Assembly: GCA_016935875.1 (NCBI GenBank)
Contig: JAFGQD010000030.1
Location: 1-33,339 of the forward strand
Reading direction: 5' to 3'
Origin: Deltaproteobacteria bacterium
GTDB lineage: Bacteria > Desulfobacterota > Syntrophia > Syntrophales > UBA2210
Length of the DNA: 33,339 nucleotides
Below are positions 1-10,951 of the stretch, piece by piece. A program made the position numbers and the translations under genes. Under the pieces are notes generated by a model. That model had not been told where the DNA came from. It ran no database searches and saw only the letters and a program-made list of their open reading frames with translations. Every line of letters starts with the position of its first letter. Position 1 is the stretch's first letter.

Positions 1-825
1 ACCCGCCCCACCGCTGTAAACCTGTTCTGGGCCATAGACAGGATGAAGGTCCGTTTTGAGCAGGAAATCGCGTCCGCTCCTCATATACAAACGGATGCCG
101 TACAAAAGTCCCTGATAGAAGAAGCCCTGCGAATCCTGGAAGAAGACATCCTCGCAAACCGGCAGATGGGGGCTCATGGGAAGGACCTGATACGGAATGG
201 AGACACCATCCTGACACACTGCAATGCAGGGGCACTTGCAACCGGCGGCTATGGAACGGCACTGGGCGTCATACGGGCCGCCCATGAAGAGGGGAAAAAA
301 ATCCATGTTCTGGTGGATGAAACCAGGCCCCTCCTCCAGGGAGCGAGATTGACCGCATGGGAAATGAAAAATGAAGGGGTACCCGCCACGCTCATAACAG
401 ACAGCATGGCCGGCTCCTTTATGAAGCGGGGCATGGTCAATCTTGTTATTGTGGGCGCGGACCGTATCGCAGCTAACGGCGATACAGCCAACAAGATCGG
501 AACGTACTCCCTTGCCGTTCTGGCGAAAGCAAACAGGGTCCCTTTTTATGTTGCAGCACCCATCTCCACAATAGACTGTCGAGCAAAAACCGGCAAGGAA
601 ATCCCCATTGAAGAAAGAAAAGCGGAAGAGGTGCTCGAATTTCATGGCACAAAAATAGCACCGAAGGGATTCAACGCGCGCAATCCCGCCTTCGATGTAA
701 CCCCCAAACGATACATAACCGCCATCATAACGGAAAAGGGAATTATCAGGGCACCATTCGGGAAGGGGATCAAAGAACTCTTCAACCATTCCATACGTCC
801 CGGACACCGTTCAACCGAGGTATGA
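1..825 (+). CDS. mtnA: S-methyl-5-thioribose-1-phosphate isomerase (MtnA / eIF-2B alpha-beta-delta family), 5' end cut by the window edge
   Basis: Frame 1 is open from nt 1. The first codons read [14 protein letters not shown], a conserved MtnA motif, so the ATG at 43 is probably internal. Family hallmarks [38 protein letters not shown] and NPAFDVTP are present. Stop codon at 823-825. Confidence 0.8.
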   Translation, partial: TRPTAVNLFWAIDRMKVRFEQEIASAPHIQTDAVQKSLIEEALRILEEDILANRQMGAHGKDLIRNGDTILTHCNAGALATGGYGTALGVIRAAHEEGKKIHVLVDETRPLLQGARLTAWEMKNEGVPATLITDSMAGSFMKRGMVNLVIVGADRIAANGDTANKIGTYSLAVLAKANRVPFYVAAPISTIDCRAKTGKEIPIEERKAEEVLEFHGTKIAPKGFNARNPAFDVTPKRYITAIITEKGIIRAPFGKGIKELFNHSIRPGHRSTEV

Positions 826-1466
826 TATACAGAGAAATGACGGAACCACAGATGAAAAAACTGTTTCTCTTTGACTTCGATGGCGTTATCGCGGATTCCC
901 TGAGTTTCTACGAGGAATTTGTAAACACGTGTCTTGAAAAATCAGGGACACCCGTTATATTAACACGTGAAGAATACCTTGATTTATTTGACGGTAATTT
1001 CTATGAATCTCTCCGCACGAGAGGGGTCGATATAACGGCGTTCAACAATGCCGCGATAGCCGCCACCCGCGAGATAGACTACGGAAGGATTATCCCTTTC
1101 AGCGACCTGCTCCCCGTAATCTGCAACCTCAAGGAGAACAACACCCTCATTGTCATATCGTCCAACACGTCTTCCACTATACGGTCATCCCTCTCGAGAA
1201 ACGGATTTGACGGAATCTTTGATGACATTCTGGGCGCCGATTTTATGCTCAGCAAAATAGCAAAGATCCATCATGCTATTGAGAAGTGGAACATGCGCAG
1301 AGACCAAGCATACTATGTAGGAGATACCGTCGGAGATATCAAAGAAGGAAGGGCCGCCGGTATCCGAACGGTGGCCGCAACCTGGGGGTGGCATCCCAGG
1401 GAGAGACTCGAAGGAGCACGGCCCGATTACATCGTCGATTCTCCTGAGGATCTCCTCACTATCTGA
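822..1466 (+). CDS. HAD-superfamily (IA-type) phosphatase, phosphoglycolate-phosphatase-like
   Basis: DxD nucleophile motif [12 protein letters not shown], motif [10 protein letters not shown], motif III/IV K...[16 protein letters not shown]. The ATG at 822 overlaps the mtnA stop (ATGA). In-frame ATGs at 837 and 852 are alternatives, so the start is uncertain. Confidence 0.72.
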   Translation: MIYREMTEPQMKKLFLFDFDGVIADSLSFYEEFVNTCLEKSGTPVILTREEYLDLFDGNFYESLRTRGVDITAFNNAAIAATREIDYGRIIPFSDLLPVICNLKENNTLIVISSNTSSTIRSSLSRNGFDGIFDDILGADFMLSKIAKIHHAIEKWNMRRDQAYYVGDTVGDIKEGRAAGIRTVAATWGWHPRERLEGARPDYIVDSPEDLLTI

Positions 1467-1481
1467 TCTTCCTGATAGTAC

Positions 1482-1517
1482 AAAAAAAGAGGCCCCTCGT
1501 TAAACAAGGAGCCTCTT
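1482..1517 (-). terminator. Rho-independent terminator of groESL
   Basis: On the minus strand: AAGAGGCUCCU / AGGGGCCUCUU, an 11-bp stem with one G-U pair and a 9-nt loop, followed by U7 (the A-run 1482-1488 on +). It lies 26 nt after the groEL stop. Confidence 0.7.
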
Positions 1518-1542
1518 GTGAATCAAAATCTGAACAACGATA

Positions 1543-3219
<1,677 letters not shown>

Positions 3220-3510
3220 TTATTTTTCAATTATTCCGAGTATATCATCTTCACGCATGATAAGGTGTTCAACACCATCTATCTTGACTTCGCTTCCGGC
3301 ATATTTGCTGAACAACACCTTATCGCCGGCCTTCACGTCCATCTTAATCACCGTACCTTCATCCGTCTTCTTGCCGTTTCCAACGGCTATTACCTTCCCC
3401 TCCATGGGTTTTTCCTTGGCGCTGTCGGGGATAATGATCCCTCCCTTTGTCTTTTCCTCTTCGTCAAGGCGTTTAACAATGATCCTGTCATGCAATGGTC
3501 TAATCTTCAT
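3220..3510 (-). CDS. groES: co-chaperonin GroES (Cpn10)
   Basis: 96 aa with [12 protein letters not shown] and [24 protein letters not shown] upstream of the ATG at 3510. A 30-nt spacer separates it from groEL. Confidence 0.95.
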   Translation of the reverse strand: MKIRPLHDRIIVKRLDEEEKTKGGIIIPDSAKEKPMEGKVIAVGNGKKTDEGTVIKMDVKAGDKVLFSKYAGSEVKIDGVEHLIMREDDILGIIEK

Positions 3511-3575
3511 CCTTCGTATTCTCCTCCCTTAAACTTGTTTTTAAAGTAAAAAATTGCTCTTGTGACCTCAACTGT

Positions 3576-3603
3576 AAAATAAACATCAATCCAACCCTGT
3601 CAA
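3576..3603 (-). promoter_or_regulatory. candidate sigma70-type promoter of groESL (TTGACA-16-TATTTT)
   Basis: The minus strand reads cTTGACAgggttggattgatgttTATTTTacag, about 65 nt upstream of the groES ATG. I could not find a CIRCE (TTAGCACTC-N9-GAGTGCTAA) or a clear sigma32 -10 (CCCCAT). Confidence 0.4.
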
Positions 3604-3619
3604 GTGCCGTCAGGAAAAT

Positions 3620-4225
3620 TCATGCCTGTTTTATATCAACCGGAACTTCGCACAGCTCCCTGAATCTCTCCGCGTTCTCTGCGGTACCTACAATATCACC
3701 ATAGTGGATGGGTATGGCTGTTTCGGGTTTTATCATATTGACTGCCCGGGCGGCCTCTCCGGCGTTCATCGTATAGGTCCCACCGACAGGCACAAGCATG
3801 ATATCCGCCCGTATGCTCTCCATCTCAGGTATGAGATCGGTGTCGCCACAATAGTATATCCTCTTCCCCATCACAGTCACCACAAACCCGAGCCAGTTAT
3901 TTTCTTTCGGGTGAAAGGCCTTGTCAATATTATAGGAGCGCACTGCCTCAACCGATATCTCGCCGATCTGAGCTACATCACCCGGTTTTACTATCCGAAT
4001 ATCCCCTAAAAGACCGGAGGCACAATCCTGCGTAGTGATAATAACCGTATCGTTCTTTTGTATCTTTCCGATATCTTCCACAGACAGGTGATCGTGATGG
4101 CTGTGGCTGACCAGGATGATATCGGCCTTCTTGGGGTCTTTCAGTTTCCAGGGATCGATATAGATCACCTTCTCTCCATCGATTCTGATGGCTGAATGCC
4201 CGAGCCAGAATATATTGTTCACCAT
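3620..4225 (-). CDS. MBL-fold metal-dependent hydrolase (UPF0173-like)
   Basis: HxHxDH zinc motif (VSHSHHDHL) and a beta-lactamase-fold pattern. The ATG at 4225 is preceded by AAGGAG (ctcctt at 4233-4238 on +). The ORF-track start at 4294 adds 23 basic residues with no RBS. Confidence 0.72.
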   Translation of the reverse strand: MVNNIFWLGHSAIRIDGEKVIYIDPWKLKDPKKADIILVSHSHHDHLSVEDIGKIQKNDTVIITTQDCASGLLGDIRIVKPGDVAQIGEISVEAVRSYNIDKAFHPKENNWLGFVVTVMGKRIYYCGDTDLIPEMESIRADIMLVPVGGTYTMNAGEAARAVNMIKPETAIPIHYGDIVGTAENAERFRELCEVPVDIKQA

Positions 4226-4307
4226 GACATATCTCCTTATACGTTTTATGTTTCGGGTGTGTTCTTTTTTGGAGTTCCGGATTGTAACTCGCAACGCGTC
4301 ATTACAG

Positions 4308-5915
4308 TTATCTCTTCCCTATATGTAATATACCCTTTGTAATATTACACAGATGGTCGTTCAGTCTGTCGATGGCCGTCAGGACATCCGTATAAACAAG
4401 ACCTGCGTCGCTTATACAGTCCCCCTTCCCAAGCCGGTCTATATGATTCACCCGGAACTGCTTTACCAGGGCATGCGCCTCTCTGTCGATATTCAGTGTG
4501 ATGGCGGCCGCCCTGTGGTCGTCGTGTTCAATGGCCTTCTTTGTCTGCCTCATCAGAGCGCGCGTCTTTTCAAACAGTTTGCCCAGTTCCATGTTCGCGG
4601 GAGCGGAAAAGCTCAGGTTATGTTCATACCCACGCTGGGACAACTTCACGATACTTTCGCAATAATCCCCCACCCTCTCGAGATCGTTCACGCTGTGGAG
4701 CAGTGAGGGGACCAGATTCCTCTCCTTGTCGGACAGTTCCCCCTTGGTGATCCGAACCAGGTACTCGGTAATATTCTTCTGCATCTCGTCAACAGATTCT
4801 TCGTCAAGTGCTATCTCGTTTCTGATCTTGTGATTGTAAGTGGCAATACATTTCTCCGCTTTTTCAAACATCTCCTGGCACAGACCCAGCATCGAGACCA
4901 TCTCTTTGATGGCCGCATTCATCGCGAGATTGGGTGTTATCAACAGATGTACATCGAGATGTTTTGTTTCCCTCTTTTCGTAATCTTCTCCGGGAATCAC
5001 TCTGTTCAAAAACATAACAAAAAGAGGTATAATCGGTAGGAAAATCAAGGCATTAATCAGGTTGAATGCCGTGTGGGAATTGGCGATCTGCCTCGCTATA
5101 TCGCCCGAGGTCAGGGGCATGTATCGCAGATACAGGGGAACCAGGGGCAGCATGATCAGGGTGCCCGTTATATTAAACAGCGTATGCCCGACAGCCAGTC
5201 TCTTGCTGGAAAGATTCCCCCCTATGCTCGCGATAATCGCGGTAACACAGGTGCCGATTTCAATTCCGAAGAGCAGATAAATAGACGCCTGGAGGTTTAG
5301 TAATCCGACGGACGCGAAGGCTATGATCATACCGGTGGTTGTGCTGCTGCTCTGCAAGATGGCCGTTACGATCATCCCCGTCAGTATCCCGAGGAGGGGA
5401 CTGGTACCAAAACTGACAAAGGCATTTCGTATCATCTCATTATCCGCCAGGGGTTTGACCGAGGAACTCATCATCGTAAGCCCCAGAAACAAAAGGCCGA
5501 AACCGAGGAGTGCCCGCCCTTTGTTCTTATGTTTATCCTTTCTCGCAACCAGAAAAACTACCGTGCCCAAAAACACAAACAGAGGTGCTATGGTCGTAAA
5601 CTTGAACGCGATCAGCTGCGCGGTAACCGTGGTTCCCACATTGGCGCCGATCATGATCGCAACGCCTCCCATCAGCGGGATAAACCCGGCATTGAGGAAC
5701 CCTATGACGATAACCGAGGTCGCGCTCGAGCTCTGAATGACCGCGGTGACAAAGGCGCCCATCAGCGCCGATCTGACCCTGCCCGATGTCACCTTCTCAA
5801 GCATCGCCTTCAGGAGACCCAGGGATAACTTCTTCAGAGAATCACTCAGGAGGTACATGCCGTATATAAACAGCCCCAGACCTCCGATAATTCCCAAAAC
5901 AATCTTGAATTCCAT
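4308..5915 (-). CDS. Na+/phosphate cotransporter family protein (NptA-like) with C-terminal PhoU-like domain
   Basis: Hydrophobic multi-TM N-terminal ~330 aa containing the duplicated QSSSATS / QSSSTTTG signature of Na/Pi cotransporters. The C-terminal ~200 aa are soluble and helical. Confidence 0.8.
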   Translation of the reverse strand: MEFKIVLGIIGGLGLFIYGMYLLSDSLKKLSLGLLKAMLEKVTSGRVRSALMGAFVTAVIQSSSATSVIVIGFLNAGFIPLMGGVAIMIGANVGTTVTAQLIAFKFTTIAPLFVFLGTVVFLVARKDKHKNKGRALLGFGLLFLGLTMMSSSVKPLADNEMIRNAFVSFGTSPLLGILTGMIVTAILQSSSTTTGMIIAFASVGLLNLQASIYLLFGIEIGTCVTAIIASIGGNLSSKRLAVGHTLFNITGTLIMLPLVPLYLRYMPLTSGDIARQIANSHTAFNLINALIFLPIIPLFVMFLNRVIPGEDYEKRETKHLDVHLLITPNLAMNAAIKEMVSMLGLCQEMFEKAEKCIATYNHKIRNEIALDEESVDEMQKNITEYLVRITKGELSDKERNLVPSLLHSVNDLERVGDYCESIVKLSQRGYEHNLSFSAPANMELGKLFEKTRALMRQTKKAIEHDDHRAAAITLNIDREAHALVKQFRVNHIDRLGKGDCISDAGLVYTDVLTAIDRLNDHLCNITKGILHIGKR

Positions 5916-5936
5916 ATGGATTACCTATACTCTCTT

Positions 5937-6785
5937 TTAACTCAGAAATTTGGCCGCATTCAATGTGTTTTTAAGCAACATCGCAATGGTCATCGGCCCA
6001 ACACCCCCCGGAACAGGGGTAATATATGAGGCCTTTTTGTACACATCGGCAAAGGCGACATCACCCACCAGTTTGCCGTTCTCCAGCCTGTTTGTTCCCA
6101 CATCGATTACGACGGCCCCTTCTCTCACCATATCCCCCCTTATCATCTCTGCACTTCCCGCTGCCGCAACGAGGATTTCCGCACGCTTTGTCACTTCGGG
6201 AAGGTTTCTCGTCCTCGTATGGCAGACGGTAACCGTCGCGTGTCGCTCCAGGAGCATCAATGCAAGGGGTTTTCCCACCAAGACACTTCTTCCCACGATA
6301 ACCGCCTCTTTCCCCTTGATATCCACTTCATACCTGTCAAGGAGTTCGATGATACCCGCCGGGGTACAGGACTTGTGGTATGGATTACCGGAAAAAAGTT
6401 TTCCAACATTATAGGGATGTAAGCCGTCAACATCCTTTTTCGGATCTATTGCCTCAACAATGGCTTCGGGCCGTATCTGTTCAGGCACGGGGAGTTGAAC
6501 CAGAAAGCCGTTGATATCACGATCCCCATTTAATACATCAATTATTTCTAATAGTTTTGCCTCGCTTGTATGGGCAGGGAGTCTCACCTCCTTCGACAGG
6601 AACCCCACCCCTTCACAGGCATTCTTTTTCCCCCTCACATATATTTGAGAGGCCGGATCATCGCCAACAAGGATAACGGCAAGCCCCGGTACAATTCCCT
6701 TATCATCTTTTAACCGAAGAGCTTCTTCCCTGATTTCGTTTCTCACATCCTGAGATATCTTTTTGCCGTCAATTATTACAGTCAT
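5937..6785 (-). CDS. folD: bifunctional methylenetetrahydrofolate dehydrogenase / methenyl-THF cyclohydrolase
   Basis: MTVIIDGKKIS start, VILVGDDPASQIYV, GRSVLVGKPLALML, TPVPGGVGPMTIAML. The ATG at 6785 is used because the ORF-track start (6878) falls inside the predicted -35 box. Confidence 0.9.
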   Translation of the reverse strand: MTVIIDGKKISQDVRNEIREEALRLKDDKGIVPGLAVILVGDDPASQIYVRGKKNACEGVGFLSKEVRLPAHTSEAKLLEIIDVLNGDRDINGFLVQLPVPEQIRPEAIVEAIDPKKDVDGLHPYNVGKLFSGNPYHKSCTPAGIIELLDRYEVDIKGKEAVIVGRSVLVGKPLALMLLERHATVTVCHTRTRNLPEVTKRAEILVAAAGSAEMIRGDMVREGAVVIDVGTNRLENGKLVGDVAFADVYKKASYITPVPGGVGPMTIAMLLKNTLNAAKFLS

Positions 6786-6797
6786 ACTCTCACCCAT

Positions 6798-6824
6798 AAA
6801 AAAAATTTTACCAGTATGGTAAAA
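6798..6824 (-). promoter_or_regulatory. weak hairpin plus U8 tract in the folD 5' UTR (terminator-like)
   Basis: Minus-strand RNA: UUUUACC-auacu-GGUAAAA, a 7-bp AU-rich stem, followed directly by U8. It ends 13 nt before the folD ATG. Confidence 0.3.
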
Positions 6825-6850
6825 AACCCACCGCACCGGATTTGGTGACA

Positions 6851-6878
6851 AGTATATTAGACAACACCAAAATGTCAA
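6851..6878 (-). promoter_or_regulatory. sigma70-type promoter of the folD operon (TTGACA-16-TATACT)
   Basis: The minus strand reads ccTTGACAttttggtgttgtctaaTATACTtgtcacc. The -35 is perfect, the -10 matches 5/6, and the spacer is 16 nt. This predicts a leader of about 58 nt. Confidence 0.55.
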
Positions 6879-7005
6879 GGTAATCAGCCATCAGGTAACA
6901 CAAACACTATTATGTATACAGATATTGTTTCAATTTTGTTGAAGTAAATTGCCTGTTGTGATAGATAATTTCTCTTGACTGGTGATGGATGACGGAGGTC
7001 TTCAC

Positions 7006-8466
7006 ATGAAACAAAACCTGCGCGAGATGTTGGAATATACCTGCAGTAGATACCCTGACAGGACATCTCTTATATATAACGAGAAGAACATCTCCTACGC
7101 GGAACTGGGCAGGGCGGTAAACGCCTTCGGTAACAGGTTGAAGATGCTCGGCATAGCAAAGGGAGACAAAGTGGCGATGATGCTCCCCAATATACCTGAA
7201 TTTATCATCTCCTATTTTGCCCTTCTGAAGCTCGGCGCGGTTGCTGTCACCATCCATACTCTGTCAACGTCCCATGAATTGCTGTATCTTCTTGACAACT
7301 GTGATGCCAAAGCATTTATCACCATCCCGTCATCGGTAAAAAGATTTGAAGAGATACGGGAAAAGCTGCCGCAGTGCGAACACCTTATTACAACCGAAGA
7401 CTCCCACGAGACTCTTTCCATACTCGGCTCCATGGAAATGAATGCCTTCGAACTGGACATCACGGAGATTACGGGCGATGATCCCGCCGCCATGATCTAC
7501 ACCTCAGGCCTGACAGGAAAACCGCTCGGCGCTGTTCTCACCCACCGCAACCTCTCTACTCAGTCTTATCTGCTCGAAGATATATGCAACGGTACCGTGG
7601 ATGACAGGGGCCTGTGTCTCATCCCGCTTTTCCATTCCTTCGGAGCTACCGCCAACATGCTGATGTCTCTGAAGACGGGCGCAAGTGTCGTTATGATTGA
7701 CCAATTCAACCTTGAAAATATTTTCAAGACCATAGAAGAAAAGAAGATCACCTATATAGCGGCTGTCCCGAGGGTTTTTCTGGGAATGCTGCTGTTTGAC
7801 GGGGCGAGCAATTATGACACCGGTTCACTGAGGTTCTGCGTTACCGGTGGTTCGGCAATGCCTCCGGAATATATGCCGATGTTCGAAAAGAAGTTCGGAG
7901 TCACGCTGGTTCAGGGGTATGGTCTTACCGAGGCATCCCCGGTATGTTCGGTAAGCAGGATAGACGGAACACAAAAACCGGGCTCTATCGGTCTCCCCAT
8001 ACCTGGTGTTGAGGCAAAGGTGCTTGATGAGACGGGCTCCCCTCTGTCGGCAGGTGGTATTGGAGAACTTCTTATCAGGGGTCCCAATGTCATGAAAGGG
8101 TATTATAAAAATGAAAAAGCCACCGCAGAGGTGATACAGAATGGATGGCTCCATACCGGAGACCTGGCAAGAATCGACGAAGAGGGGTATATCTTTCTCG
8201 AAGGACGCTTGAAGCGAATGATAATCACCAGCGGGTTCAACGTATATCCCGCGGAGGTCGAGAACATCCTGCGGATGCATCCGGCCGTAAGAGACGCACG
8301 GGCAGCAGGCAAGGACGATCTCATGAGAGGAGAGATTGTAAAGGCGCTTGTTATAAAAAGTACGGATTCCTCCATCGGTGAAAAAGATATCATGAAACAT
8401 TGCAGGAATTACCTCTCTTCATATAAATGCCCCAGAGAGGTGGAGTTTGTAGAAACGTTTGACTGA
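7006..8466 (+). CDS. AMP-dependent acyl-CoA synthetase/ligase (ANL superfamily), C-terminally short
   Basis: GGAGG lies 7 nt before the ATG at 7006. Motifs: A3 IYTSGLTGKPLG, FHSFG, A5 GYGLTE, A7 HTGD, A8 GRLKRMIITSGFNVYPAEVE. The ORF ends at ...YKCPREVEFVETFD* with no A10 (PKTxxGK) motif. See findings. Confidence 0.8.
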   Translation: MKQNLREMLEYTCSRYPDRTSLIYNEKNISYAELGRAVNAFGNRLKMLGIAKGDKVAMMLPNIPEFIISYFALLKLGAVAVTIHTLSTSHELLYLLDNCDAKAFITIPSSVKRFEEIREKLPQCEHLITTEDSHETLSILGSMEMNAFELDITEITGDDPAAMIYTSGLTGKPLGAVLTHRNLSTQSYLLEDICNGTVDDRGLCLIPLFHSFGATANMLMSLKTGASVVMIDQFNLENIFKTIEEKKITYIAAVPRVFLGMLLFDGASNYDTGSLRFCVTGGSAMPPEYMPMFEKKFGVTLVQGYGLTEASPVCSVSRIDGTQKPGSIGLPIPGVEAKVLDETGSPLSAGGIGELLIRGPNVMKGYYKNEKATAEVIQNGWLHTGDLARIDEEGYIFLEGRLKRMIITSGFNVYPAEVENILRMHPAVRDARAAGKDDLMRGEIVKALVIKSTDSSIGEKDIMKHCRNYLSSYKCPREVEFVETFD

Positions 8467-8632
8467 AGGTCAGTGGATAAGAAAAGCGGACAATCTGCCT
8501 GAAATGCGAACTACACAGACATCAATTACTGGAAATCATAAAGGGAGGCAGATGCCTACCCATTGAGTGTACATTCAGAATCATGTTTGCCACCTGAATG
8601 ATCACCGTATAAACAAGCAAAGGAGAGGTTTT

Positions 8633-9928
8633 ATGAAAGAAGTGGTAATTGTCAGTGGAGCGAGGACTGCGGTCGGAACCTTCGGCGGTTCTCTCAAGGA
8701 TGTGAAGTGCGTTGACCTCGGCGCTCTTGTTATCAAAGAGGCGATTAAAAGAGCCGGGCTCAGACCGGCTATCAACGATTTTATCAAATCATGCCGCCCT
8801 GATGTGTTTGGTGAATTCGACAAGACGGAGATAAATAGAAAGTATTACGATTATGACGATTCGTTGACCCCCGCATACTTTGATGAATGCATTATGGGAA
8901 ATGTTCTCCAGGCGGCTCAGGGACAGAATCCGGGACGTCAGGCATCCATATATGCCGGTCTGCCCGAAGAGACCAATGCGATTACCGTCAATAAGATCTG
9001 CGCGTCGGGGATGAAAGCGATAACGCTTGCAGCCCAGACCATCAAGGCAGGCGATGCGGACATGGTTGTAGCTGGCGGCATGGAATCGATGAGCAATGCC
9101 CCTTTCTCTCTGCCGAATGCTCGCTGGGGATACAGAATGAGCATGCCCTTCGGTCAGATTACCGACGTCATGGTTCATGACGGTCTCTATGAGATTTTCA
9201 ACAAGTATCACATGGGATTTACCGCCGAAAATATCGCCGCAAAATACGGAATCACCAGGGAGAAACAGGATGAGCTGGGACTCCTTAGTCATCAGAGGGC
9301 GTTGGCGGCGATCGCCCGCGGCGAATTCAAGGATGAGATTGTGCCGGTCGTCATGCCGCAGCGCAAGGGTGACCCCAAGATATTCGACGTAGATGAACGC
9401 CCGATGGACACAACATTGGAACAAATGGCAAAGCTCAGCCCCGTCTTTGCAAAGGATGGGAAGGGAACGGTAACGGCCGGCAACGCATCCGGCATCAATG
9501 ACGCGGCTGCGGCCGTTGTATTGATGAGCGCAGAAAAGGCAAAGGAACTGGGGCTCGAACCCATAGCGAAGATTAAGGGATACGCCGCAGGCGGCGTGGA
9601 TCCCGCCTATATGGGGCTGGGACCCATTCCGGCCACACGGAAGGTTCTGCATAAGCTGGGATTGACGATAAAAGACATGGACTACATCGAATTGAACGAG
9701 GCCTTCGCGTGCCAGGCGATCGCGTGTATGCGCGAGCTGGACATCAGCCTCGACAACTGTAACCTCAACGGCAGCGGGATTTCCATAGGCCATCCCATCG
9801 GATGCACCGGCGCCAGGATCACGTACAGCCTTGCGATGCAGATGAAGAAAAGAGATCTCAATCTCGGCCTTGCAACACTTTGTATCGGAGGCGGTCAGGG
9901 TATGGCCATCGTCCTTGAAAGGGCGTAA
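8633..9928 (+). CDS. acetyl-CoA C-acetyltransferase (thiolase II)
   Basis: AAAGGAGAGG RBS before the ATG at 8633 (MKEVVIVSGARTAVG). Catalytic motifs NKICASGMKA, NEAF, GHPIGCTGAR, CIGGGQG. The ORF-track start at 8567 has no RBS. Confidence 0.9.
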   Translation: MKEVVIVSGARTAVGTFGGSLKDVKCVDLGALVIKEAIKRAGLRPAINDFIKSCRPDVFGEFDKTEINRKYYDYDDSLTPAYFDECIMGNVLQAAQGQNPGRQASIYAGLPEETNAITVNKICASGMKAITLAAQTIKAGDADMVVAGGMESMSNAPFSLPNARWGYRMSMPFGQITDVMVHDGLYEIFNKYHMGFTAENIAAKYGITREKQDELGLLSHQRALAAIARGEFKDEIVPVVMPQRKGDPKIFDVDERPMDTTLEQMAKLSPVFAKDGKGTVTAGNASGINDAAAAVVLMSAEKAKELGLEPIAKIKGYAAGGVDPAYMGLGPIPATRKVLHKLGLTIKDMDYIELNEAFACQAIACMRELDISLDNCNLNGSGISIGHPIGCTGARITYSLAMQMKKRDLNLGLATLCIGGGQGMAIVLERA

Positions 9929-10072
9929 CCAACTATTACAGGATTAACTGGATGAAAGACAGATTGAAGGCTGAAGACTGACAATTAATACGTGGCCTTC
10001 AGGCTTTAGTGCATTCAACTGTATAATAATATTAAATCCCGGTTAATCCTTTCTAAAACAAAAAGGAGAAAA

Positions 10073-10936
10073 ATGATGGAGATAAAAACTTTCGGCGTAG
10101 TCGGAGCCGGTCAGATGGGAAATGGAATAGCACAGGTCGCCGCACATCAGGGTGGGTTGAATATTATTTTGAACGATATTGCGAATGAATTCGTTGAGAG
10201 AGGATACACGGCTATAACAAAAAATCTCGACAGGATGGTCGCCAAGGAAAAGATCACAGCCGGCAAGAAAGATGAAATCCTCGGCCGGATTACGAAGAGC
10301 ACAGACCTGGGAGACATGAAAGACGTGGATTTTGTCGTGGAGGCTGCCATTGAAAGGGAAGATCTGAAACTTGAAATATTCAGGAGGTTGGACAACATCT
10401 GCAAGCCGGGGGCGATCCTCGCGTCCAATACATCTTCCATCCCAATAACAAGAATAGCGAACGTGACAAAAAGACCGGAGCTTGTAATCGGCATGCATTT
10501 CATGAATCCCGTCCCCGTCATGAAACTTGTGGAAATAATCAAGGGTCTTGCCACATCGGAAGAAACGTTCAATCTTACGGAGACCCTTGCAAAACAGTTC
10601 GGCAAGGTTCCCGTCGCATGCAACGACTTCCCCGGCTTCATCGCAAATCGCATACTGATACCGATGCTCAACGAAGCAGTATATGCGCTCTACGAGGGAG
10701 TAGGTTCTGTCGAGGCGATAGACAGCATCATGACGCTCGGAATGAATCACCCCATGGGACCGCTCAAACTGGCGGACCTGATCGGGCTCGACACCTGTCT
10801 GGCGATTATGGACGTTCTCCATAAAGGCTTCGGTGATTCGAAATATCGCCCCTGCCCCCTGCTGAAAAAATATGTGGACGCCGGATATCTCGGGAAAAAG
10901 ACAGGAAGAGGATTCTACGATTACAGCAATCAGTAA
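10073..10936 (+). CDS. hbd: 3-hydroxybutyryl-CoA dehydrogenase (NAD-dependent 3-hydroxyacyl-CoA dehydrogenase)
   Basis: Rossmann motif [13 protein letters not shown], then [23 protein letters not shown] and the C-terminal [18 protein letters not shown]. The start is either ATG 10073 or ATG 10076. Confidence 0.9.
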   Translation: MMEIKTFGVVGAGQMGNGIAQVAAHQGGLNIILNDIANEFVERGYTAITKNLDRMVAKEKITAGKKDEILGRITKSTDLGDMKDVDFVVEAAIEREDLKLEIFRRLDNICKPGAILASNTSSIPITRIANVTKRPELVIGMHFMNPVPVMKLVEIIKGLATSEETFNLTETLAKQFGKVPVACNDFPGFIANRILIPMLNEAVYALYEGVGSVEAIDSIMTLGMNHPMGPLKLADLIGLDTCLAIMDVLHKGFGDSKYRPCPLLKKYVDAGYLGKKTGRGFYDYSNQ

Positions 10937-10951
10937 AAAAGGAGATCAAAC

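Noticed and set aside
3511-3619. Looked for an HrcA CIRCE element (TTAGCACTC-N9-GAGTGCTAA) or a sigma32 promoter upstream of groES.
   Set aside because: Neither motif is present within one or two mismatches. Only a sigma70-like TTGACA-16-TATTTT was found.
10038-10056. The motif CCCGGTTAATCCT(T/C)TC followed by an A run occurs at 10038 and 21636, with TTAATCCTTTC also at 14200. An inverted partner AGGATTAAC at 9940-9948 could pair with 10042-10050.
   Set aside because: Shared 13-mers are expected roughly ten or more times by chance among all position pairs in 33 kb. The copies sit in inconsistent orientation relative to neighbouring genes, and one is simply a terminator arm. It is worth a genome-wide count but is not supported here.
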